A DNA stretch of 32,000 nucleotides from NCBI GenBank assembly GCA_017409455.1, contig JAFQSS010000018.1, forward strand, positions 78,043 to 110,042, written 5' to 3'. The notes under the pieces are model-generated. The model saw nothing but the letters and a program-made list of their open reading frames with translations, had not been told where the DNA came from and did no database searches. Below, in pieces: positions 8,822 through 16,900 of the stretch; within the stretch, counting starts at the first letter, position 1; each line of letters starts with the position of its first letter. A program made the translations under genes and the position numbers. The DNA is from Clostridia bacterium. GTDB lineage: Bacteria; Bacillota; Clostridia; TANB77; CAG-508.

Positions 8822-8940
8822 CTCCTTTCTATATACCACATTTTAACATTATTTGTGGCAATTGTCAACAATATTTAGCAATTTAATTGCAATAAATTGC
8901 GCATAAATATGGCAATTAAAACTCAAATAAGGCAATTAAA
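8810..8940. promoter_or_regulatory. fic promoter (TTGACA-17-TAAAAT, minus strand, 8868-8840) embedded in an array of seven GCAATT/AATTGC half-sites
   Basis: Perfect 11-bp inverted repeat CAATTGCCACA (8810-8820) / TGTGGCAATTG (8854-8864) brackets the -10 and TSS. Palindrome GCAATTTAATTGC at 8878-8890. AATTGC at 8895-8900. GGCAATTAAA at 8911-8920 and 8931-8940, 20 bp apart. Confidence 0.55.
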
Positions 8941-8989
8941 TTTATTATATACAAATCAAATTATTTATATTCAAAATATATTTTTAAGC

Positions 8990-9045
8990 AAAAAAACTTA
9001 TATTAATACAAATCTACTAATTTAGCAGATGTGTTTAATATAAGT
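8990..9045 (-). terminator. Intrinsic terminator downstream of tRNA-Lys(CTT)
   Basis: On the minus strand, an 11-bp perfect stem (ACTTATATTAA / TTAATATAAGT) plus imperfect extension is followed by TTTTTTTGC. Confidence 0.6.
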
Positions 9046-9050
9046 ATTAA

Positions 9051-9126
9051 TGGTGGGCAATCGGGGGTTCGAACCCCGGACCTTCTGATTAAGAGTCAGC
9101 TGCTCTACCAACTGAGCTAATCACCC
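9051..9126 (-). tRNA. tRNA-Lys (anticodon CTT), CCA encoded
   Basis: The reverse complement folds as a cloverleaf: GGGTGAT acceptor, GCTCAGTTGGTAGAGC D-arm, anticodon loop CTCTTAA, GGTTCGAACCC T-arm, and ATTGCCC-A-CCA 3' end. Confidence 0.9.
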
Positions 9127-9137
9127 ATAACATAACT

Positions 9138-9166
9138 ATTATAATACTAAAGAGCCCACTTGTCAA
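9138..9166 (-). promoter_or_regulatory. Consensus sigma-A promoter for tRNA-Lys(CTT): TTGACA-17-TATAAT
   Basis: On the minus strand, -35 is at 9166-9161 and -10 at 9143-9138. The tRNA 5' end lies 12 nt downstream of the -10. Confidence 0.6.
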
Positions 9167-9180
9167 TATTAGTGAGCTCT
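9151..9180. terminator. Terminator hairpin ending the vanW-adhesin operon (AGAGCCCAC / GTGAGCTCT with flanking A/T runs)
   Basis: 9-bp stem with one mismatch, extendable by A:T pairs, located 24 nt after the stop at 9204. T-run on the plus side and TTTAGTATT on the minus side. Confidence 0.55.
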
Positions 9181-9203
9181 TTTTTCAGTAATTTGTTTTA
9201 AGT

Positions 9204-12200
9204 CTATTTAGTTAAAACTTTTTTCTTGATGAATATTATTACAGCACCAATTACTATTAATCCTACTAAACCTGTTATTACATAAGTTGTTATATAATTT
9301 GCTGTTCCTGTTGGTGGTGTAATTACTATTTTTAGTCTATCATCATCTTGTTCATGTAAGCCTGCTTTTTCAGCATTTACATCTTTATTTATTACTCTAG
9401 CCGCTAGACTTGGTACATAGTTACCCATCTTATACTCTTTAGCTGTACCTGTTTGTTTTATTGTTCTAGCTGTTTTAGCATCAATTTGTAAAATTTCTGC
9501 ATGGTTGTCATATATATTTTCATCTTGATTTGCTAGTAATTTTTTAGCACTTACATGATCTGTAATTGATTCACCTGGTTTTAAGTTGCTAAATTTTGTA
9601 GTTATATATGTTGCATATTCTTTTTCTTTTATTGCATTATGTGTTGCTTCACTTATAAGTCCTTCAGCTAATAATTCATCCGCTGATTTTTGTATCCAAT
9701 CATTTGAGTTTTCCCATGTATATGTAAGTTGACTATCTAAGTAATCTACAACATAATTTATTGATGTGTTTACTTCTGGAGCTCTTTCATGATTTGTTCC
9801 AAAGTAATAGAATTCGGTTTTATATTGATCATCTACATAATAATCAATATCTTTTTCACTATTGTTTGTTACTTTTATTGCATATTTAACTTCCAATTGT
9901 GCACCTTGCATTAGCTCTGCATCCATTTCTATTAGAACTTGTTTTTCTAAAGCTTTTCTAGCTTCTGTACCATTATTAATTTCTTGATTAAATCCTATTG
10001 GTTTTGCATAATTTAGTTTATCTACACTAGGATTTCCTTCTGTTAATACTTGACCATTAGCTAATGTAATTTTTAAATATTCTACGGTTGTTTCTACAAA
10101 TATATCTTCTCTTGCTCTTTCTATTATACCAAAGTCAAATATATCTAATTCATTGTGGAATATTGTAATACCATCTGCTTCAACTGATGATGATTTTGTT
10201 GTACTTGGGTCAAATTCTACTTGCATTGTAAATGGTTTACTCCATGCAGTTATATGTGATTTTTCTCCAAAATTGCTATATTGTAAATCTGAAATTGCTG
10301 TTCTTTCATCTATTGCATCAACTGCAATTGAATATCCTTTAGATGCATTTAAATGCCATTCTTCACTAGTGCTTGTTCCTTTAAATAAATCATATACATT
10401 TATATTGTCTTGACTTATAATTGTTGATTTATAGTTTCTTGCACTTACCGTTGAACCGTTTATTGTTGATGTTTTTGAACCATCTATTCCTTCTCCATAT
10501 GTAAATTTAATTACATATTTGTCGGTTACTACACTATATTGTTTATCTCCAAATGCATAATTTCCATTACTGTCTGTATATGTTATTGCATCTTTAATTT
10601 CAACTTTTGCAGTATCTGTATTTAAGAAATACAATTTAGCTGGTTCTAACGTTCCATCATTTTTAACTTTATATAGTTCTACTTTTACATTTTCAACATT
10701 TTTGTCTGTATTATCTTTATGTCCATTTCCTAGTCTATAAGCATCTTTTGCATTTGCATCTGAATCTTCCCATACATTTCCTGATAATATTCTATAATAT
10801 CCTTTATCTTTGAATAATACAAATGATGGTGCTATATCTGTATCATCTTCTAGGTTTGTAGCTGCTAATCTACCTTGATCATCAATATGTATTCCAGCAT
10901 TTCCAGGATGTGAGTCACTATCATATCCTGCATATGGTTGATTATTTCTTCCTCCTGTACGTTGTTCTGCATACAATGTATTTGTTCCATATTTTGTTGA
11001 ATATGATTCTATTTCTACTGCATGATTTAATGTTGCATCTTCATTTAGTAGATTTCTGATTGCCTCTAGACTTATTGAATATGTTAATTCTATTTTTTCA
11101 CTTTCTGCTCCTGGATTTATTGTTACATTTAATCCTGCAGTATTCTTAGCAGTACTAAATTCTGTTCCTGCACTTTGTGTCCATCCTGTTGTTGTTAATG
11201 TATATCTATTATCAAAGTAAGTTGTAATATTATGAATTGTTACTGGTAATGTTGTTGATAAGTTTGCTAATGTTACTTCATATGTCACATCTACCGTCAT
11301 TAGGTCATTTTTTGTTTCATTTATATACGCGATATCTGCTGGGTTTACTGGTCTTTGATATGTATATGTATCTTTATTTTCAAATTTAACTTTTAATCCA
11401 ACATTATTTTTCTCATTACTTCTTACATTATATAAATATGTATATTCTTGACCTTGCATTGTTACTTTAACTTTACTTATGTCTGAGAATATTGCTACAT
11501 CTGGTTGTTCTCTTTCAAATAAGCCTAAGTTTACATTGTTAATTATTCCTACATTTATGTCATATGTTATAATAGAATGACCTTTTCCTGTACAACCAGT
11601 ACAACTATGACTTCCTGTTATTGTATTATTCCAAGCCCCATTAGGATTTGTACGTATATATGTTCCATTTCCATTACAGTATTTTATAACTTCTTTTCTA
11701 GTTTCTTCTGAATTAGCTTCCAATGATATAACACCTTTTGTCGTTGCTGTAATGTTTTCGTTATTTGCTACATTAGGGTTTGTTGATTGTGTTACTGTTT
11801 GATATTTACTATCAAATGTATTTCTAACTGTTTCATTTTCTTTTGCTTTAGATGTGTTTGCTCCTGTAGTTGCTGTTGCTACAGTTGTATATTTCATTGC
11901 ATCATATTCAAATTCTACATATGCAGTTTTCAATTTTTCATTTACTGTTGCAGAATTTTCATATAATTTGTACACATTTTGACTATCATCATAATTTACT
12001 CTTATTGTATAATTTCCATTGCTGTCTGTTGTTGCTGTAGATGTTGCATTAAATTGTTGTCCACTACTATCTCTTAATATTACTTTTATTCCGCCTAGTC
12101 CTTTCTCTCCATCTTTAAACTGTCCATCTATTTCGTTTGCTTTTCCTGCAACTCCATCTAGCCAAACTTTACCGTTAATTTCTATATATCCATCATAATG

Positions 12201-13925
12201 TGGTTTATGTGTATTTGTTATTGTATATCCTGTTGTCATATCTCCTGTAATTTCGGATGTATACCCTTCTGGAATTCCTGTTTCTTTAACTGTATAGTTG
12301 ACAATACTTCCATTTTCGTATTTATATAAATCTTTAAATGTACCAGTCCAATTGTTGCTTTCATCTAATGTAAGTTTTTGATTTGTTTCACTTCCATTTT
12401 TATATAAAGTTACAGTTATAGATGTTGGACGCAAACCATCTAGATTATCATCGTCTTTCCACACTTTAGTTACTTTTATTTCATTTTTTTCTGGTATATG
12501 AATATTAGTTATTGTAAATCCACTTTCTACATTTCCTGTTATAGCTGTTGTATATCCCTCTGGTTTATTGGTTTCTTTAACTGTGTATGCAACTTCTTTT
12601 CCATTTTTATATTCTGGAAGAGATCTGAATGTATATTTCCAATGATTACCTTCATTTAATACTGCTGTTCTTACGCTAGTTCCATTTTCATATAATGCTA
12701 CTGTTATAGATGTCGGTCTTAGCCCCTCTACGTTATCTTCATCATCCCAAGATTTTTCTACTGATACATCAATTGATTTTAGAGTATTTGTAATAGTAAA
12801 TCCACTTGTCATATTTCCTGTAATTTCAGGTTCTGCTGCATATCCTATTGGCACTTCTTCTTTAACTGTATAAGTAATTTCTTTTCCACTATCATCAGTT
12901 TTTTCTAATTCAGTAAAAGTTCCACTCCAACTATCACTCACATTATCACCTTTTAGTGTTAGAGTTTTCCCTGTATCTTTATTATTTGCATATAATTTTA
13001 CTGTAATTGAATCTGGTCTGTTTCCAGTATTTGTATCATATTTCCAGACTTTTGTTACTGGGATGTCTATTTTATCTTCTATTTCAACAATTATTAAGTC
13101 TTGTATGTTACTTATTCCTGCATCCAATAAATATATTTTTGCATTATACGTTGTGTTATTTGTTTTTGATGTTATTTTATTTATATAACTCTTAGTAGCT
13201 GTTATTTTCCACGCATCTAAATTTCCTGTATATGTATTATTAGCATCTGCCGAAAAACCTTTGCCTCCAATAGCACTGACCCAGTCATTATAAGACTGAT
13301 ACACTGCCAATTGAACTACAGCGTATGAAAGACTATATCTCAACCCATTATTACTAGATGTTTTTACAGGTAGACAACCATATCCTTTATAAATTTGATG
13401 AACAGATGGATCATACGCACTGCCAGCTATTTGTTTCATTTCTTCAGCAGTAACAAGTGCGTTTGGATCCTTTTCAGTAAGAATTCCTGCAAATATATTA
13501 TTGTAACTAGAATTTACTGTACCATTCTGAACTAATTGTCCTTCAGAATTTATACTATAGAATGTTGCATTATTTCCTTTTATATCAGCTACAGCAGTAA
13601 CTTTAAATTTAATTCCATCTGAATCCTTATATAGTAATTCGTCCAAAGACTGACTATGTTGTATACAGAAAAGATTAGTATATGTCGCTATATCTCTTGC
13701 ATTATAAGTAAGTACATTATTATTAAGAATTGCCTCTGTCTTATATTGGTCATCTAGTAAATCTGCCACATACACATCTTTTCCACCTATTTGTACTGTT
13801 TCTGTGTTCTCATAATATGGTGGGTCGTTTAGTGGTGATGCTATAGAAATTCCTGCTCTTACTGCTACTAATATTAATATTATTGAAACTAGAACTATAG
13901 ATAATTTCTTTATCGTTTCTTTCAT
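9204..13925 (-). CDS. Giant cell-surface adhesin B (1573 aa): signal peptide, putative thioester (TQxA-like) domain, 3 CnaB domains, SdrD-B-like domains, C-terminal TPPTG sorting signal + TM + KKK tail
   Basis: N-terminal MKETIKKLSIVLVSIILILVAVRAGISIA signal. Three ~96-aa repeats with the (V/S)W.D..N..G.RP.SITV.LY...Y.V.E...P.GY...ITG....GFTITN CnaB pattern. GKVWLD...G.KV.L.D..G...TDSNGNY is SdrD-B-like. C terminus: VITPPTGTANYITTYVITGLVGLIVIGAVIIFIKKKVLTK. Confidence 0.85.
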   Translation of the reverse strand: MKETIKKLSIVLVSIILILVAVRAGISIASPLNDPPYYENTETVQIGGKDVYVADLLDDQYKTEAILNNNVLTYNARDIATYTNLFCIQHSQSLDELLYKDSDGIKFKVTAVADIKGNNATFYSINSEGQLVQNGTVNSSYNNIFAGILTEKDPNALVTAEEMKQIAGSAYDPSVHQIYKGYGCLPVKTSSNNGLRYSLSYAVVQLAVYQSYNDWVSAIGGKGFSADANNTYTGNLDAWKITATKSYINKITSKTNNTTYNAKIYLLDAGISNIQDLIIVEIEDKIDIPVTKVWKYDTNTGNRPDSITVKLYANNKDTGKTLTLKGDNVSDSWSGTFTELEKTDDSGKEITYTVKEEVPIGYAAEPEITGNMTSGFTITNTLKSIDVSVEKSWDDEDNVEGLRPTSITVALYENGTSVRTAVLNEGNHWKYTFRSLPEYKNGKEVAYTVKETNKPEGYTTAITGNVESGFTITNIHIPEKNEIKVTKVWKDDDNLDGLRPTSITVTLYKNGSETNQKLTLDESNNWTGTFKDLYKYENGSIVNYTVKETGIPEGYTSEITGDMTTGYTITNTHKPHYDGYIEINGKVWLDGVAGKANEIDGQFKDGEKGLGGIKVILRDSSGQQFNATSTATTDSNGNYTIRVNYDDSQNVYKLYENSATVNEKLKTAYVEFEYDAMKYTTVATATTGANTSKAKENETVRNTFDSKYQTVTQSTNPNVANNENITATTKGVISLEANSEETRKEVIKYCNGNGTYIRTNPNGAWNNTITGSHSCTGCTGKGHSIITYDINVGIINNVNLGLFEREQPDVAIFSDISKVKVTMQGQEYTYLYNVRSNEKNNVGLKVKFENKDTYTYQRPVNPADIAYINETKNDLMTVDVTYEVTLANLSTTLPVTIHNITTYFDNRYTLTTTGWTQSAGTEFSTAKNTAGLNVTINPGAESEKIELTYSISLEAIRNLLNEDATLNHAVEIESYSTKYGTNTLYAEQRTGGRNNQPYAGYDSDSHPGNAGIHIDDQGRLAATNLEDDTDIAPSFVLFKDKGYYRILSGNVWEDSDANAKDAYRLGNGHKDNTDKNVENVKVELYKVKNDGTLEPAKLYFLNTDTAKVEIKDAITYTDSNGNYAFGDKQYSVVTDKYVIKFTYGEGIDGSKTSTINGSTVSARNYKSTIISQDNINVYDLFKGTSTSEEWHLNASKGYSIAVDAIDERTAISDLQYSNFGEKSHITAWSKPFTMQVEFDPSTTKSSSVEADGITIFHNELDIFDFGIIERAREDIFVETTVEYLKITLANGQVLTEGNPSVDKLNYAKPIGFNQEINNGTEARKALEKQVLIEMDAELMQGAQLEVKYAIKVTNNSEKDIDYYVDDQYKTEFYYFGTNHERAPEVNTSINYVVDYLDSQLTYTWENSNDWIQKSADELLAEGLISEATHNAIKEKEYATYITTKFSNLKPGESITDHVSAKKLLANQDENIYDNHAEILQIDAKTARTIKQTGTAKEYKMGNYVPSLAARVINKDVNAEKAGLHEQDDDRLKIVITPPTGTANYITTYVITGLVGLIVIGAVIIFIKKKVLTK
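12201..13064 (-). repeat. Three tandem CnaB-type (isopeptide-fold) domain repeats, 96 aa each (residues 288-575 of adhesin B)
   Basis: The repeats IPVTKVWKYD...FTITNTLKS, IDVSVEKSWDD...FTITNIHIPEKNE and IKVTKVWKDDD...YTITNTHKP align by eye. Divergence at the DNA level is substantial. Confidence 0.7.
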
Positions 13926-13931
13926 GGTTCT

Positions 13932-16900
13932 CTACCTCCTTCCCCTCTTAGTTGATATTTTTATTATTTTGTTTTTAATCATTAATTTTACTGCTATACC
14001 TATTAATATTATATTTGTAATTAATAACGTAATATATGCTACAACACTTCCTCCACCTGTTGATACAAGAATAATAACATCTGCTGAGCCTAAATCATCT
14101 TCCTCTTGGCTTTGGTTGTTTGGTGTTGAATCAATATCAGCAATTCCATATTCATTATAATCTTGATATATTTCTGCTCTATTATTAATTAATCCTGTAT
14201 TTTCACCTGTCATAGTTTTTGTTAAAATTAATTTAATTTCTTTTTCTTCACCTGGTTGTAATTCAACATTTTCTAAGCTCTTTGTATATAAATAATTTCC
14301 TGATAAATACCAGTCTGTATTTAATTCTGAGCTGAATGTTAATCCACTTGGTAAATAATCTATAATGTTTTTAGCATATCCTGCAGCTTCTCCACCGTTT
14401 TTAACTTTTATAGTATATTCTAATACTACAAGTGAACAATTTATTCTTTTTCTATGTATTTCTACTTTTGCAAATGTGTCATTCTCATAATCATAAGATT
14501 TTGTTTCTTTACTATCTTGTACAACTATTCTGCTAATATATTTTTGAATTTCTAAATCAAATATTAATTTTTCTTTTAATCCGATATTAATATTAGATAT
14601 ATTTTCTTGTACATTTATTGTATCTGTTACTGCTATTATTTTTTCTTCTCCATTTATATTTATCTTCTTAAGAACAACTTTTGAATTTTTAGTTGTATCT
14701 ACTCCATTTGCTAAATATGTTGTAGGTTCATATTCTTCTGTGTCATATTCAAATATAACTATGTATGATCCTTTTGGGATATTTGTAAATTTATATTTAC
14801 CTTCAGAATCTGTTTTTGTTTGTACTATGTTTCCATCATTATTTTTAAAATAATCTTTTGTTGAAACATCATAAATTTTTACTTTTATTCCTTCTAATGA
14901 TTTTTCTTTATCATCTTTTTCTCCATCTCTATCTAAGTCTAGCCATGCAAATCCAGTTATTTCTTTTTTCTCTTCTACAGGTTTTTCTGGTTCCTCTGTT
15001 CCACCATCTCCTGGAACTTCTGGTTTTTCTGAATCCTCTGCTCCACCATCGTCTGGAGGAATTACTACTTTATCTTTTAGCCCTATATTAGCATTAGCAA
15101 TTATTTCATCTTCTATATTATTTAATTCAATTCCAGCAACTGTTATTGTATTTCCATTTACAATTATATTCTCTAATTTCGCTTTAGAACTTTCTGATGA
15201 TTCTGTTCCATTTGCTTGATATATTGTAGGTTCATAATTTTCCATTCCATGATCAAATATAATAATATATGAGCCATTAGGAATAGTTGTAAAACCATAT
15301 TCTCCATTAGTTCCTGTTTGCGTTGTTATTATATTTCCATTATCATCCTTTAGATAACTATTATTTACGGTATTATATAATTTTACTGTGATTCCTGATA
15401 AAGTTGATTCATCATTATCTTTTCTTCCATTTGCATTTGAATCTAACCATGCAAATCCAGTTATTACATTCTTTTTCCCTGAATCCAGAGTATGTTTCAC
15501 TTCTTCTGAAGTATCTTCAAGTACACTATAAACTTTCAAGTCAAATTTATTAGTTATAATATTTCCATCTGCCGAAATTGGAATTTCCTTCGCTTTAGCC
15601 ACTATAGTCATTTGTAAAGTTTCCCCAGATTGCATTGTTACTGTTTCATAATGTATTATATGATTTAGAATTGTTTCAATATATGTTAGTTTATCTGTTT
15701 CATCCGTTGTTTGTAAATCTATCTTTCCATTTATATATATAGTTTCAATTTCTAGATATTCTGAAATTATACCTTCTATTAATATATTACCATCAATAGT
15801 TTCTCCTGTATTTTTTACAGTTACATTATACGTTACTTCTTCTCCTTGCTTAATTGCTTCATTATTTTGTGGACTTGTCAAAGTGATTTCCGCTTCTATA
15901 TTTGGAAATTCTTCTGTCACTATATTTGATCTATAATTTTCTTGTGAATCACCAACTTTTACATATATACTTAAATCATCTACATCATTTATTGTTTTTC
16001 CATAAACTTCAAATATTATGTTTCCATTTGCAGGAATTGTACTTATAGATGTTTTATTCTCTTCGTATATTTCTTGATTTTTTATATTTTCTCCCTCATA
16101 CTTCTTTATATTTATAACATTATACACATCTGATATAATTTGCATTTCGAGATTTTTTATAGCTTTATTTGAAAAGTTTTCTACACATATATGATAATTT
16201 GCTGTTCCGCCTGCAAGTAATTGAGCAGATTGGTCATTTGCTCTTTTCATTGTTAGTCTGATGTCTGATTCTTCTAATACGTTTTTCATCTCTTGACTTT
16301 CTATTTGTTTTTCATTATGCACTAATATTGCCTTGTTTGATATTTCTTTAACTGTTGTAACAGCATCCATATCTACTCTTACTTCATATTGTGTTGTATA
16401 TGTTTCTCCCTCTACTAAAGTTGGAATTGTAATATCTATTTCATTCATATATGCTTTCTCTTCATAATAAAACGGATTGGTGCTATAAACATATCCATTT
16501 ACAGGTTCTACTACTACAGTTCCTTCTGGAACTTCTGCTTTTAATTGAAGATTTTCAAATGTTTGATCTGTATTATTTTTTACTATAGTTGTATATCTAA
16601 CTACTTCTCCTTCTTTTACAGTATCACCATTACTTAATATTTCTTGTCCAACTTGTGCTATTAATTCAATTTCAAAGTCTGAAACCATCTTTAACCAAAT
16701 TCTTCTTGAATCCTCTATTTTTGTTTCACCATCTATTTCATATATAACTTCATACTGTGTATAAGATTCTAATCCATTTACTATTTCATTTGGTAATTGT
16801 ACTTTTACTGAAGCTGTATAATTGTTTCCTTGTGCTAAAGAATCTAATTGTATTAAATATAATTTAGCATTTGGCAATGTTTCTGTTGTCCAACCATTTG

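Noticed and set aside
8909-9025. 38-aa plus-strand ORF (MAIKTQIRQLNLLYTNQ...) in the fic/tRNA intergenic region, considered as a possible Fic partner or antitoxin.
   Set aside because: It has no RBS, overlaps the operator repeats and the tRNA terminator, and class II Fic proteins carry their inhibitor intramolecularly.
7725-9126. Fic gene as a tRNA-Lys-targeted integrated island.
   Set aside because: There is no integrase and no direct repeat of the tRNA 3' end near 7700-7760. The segment holds a single gene and its composition resembles the flanks.
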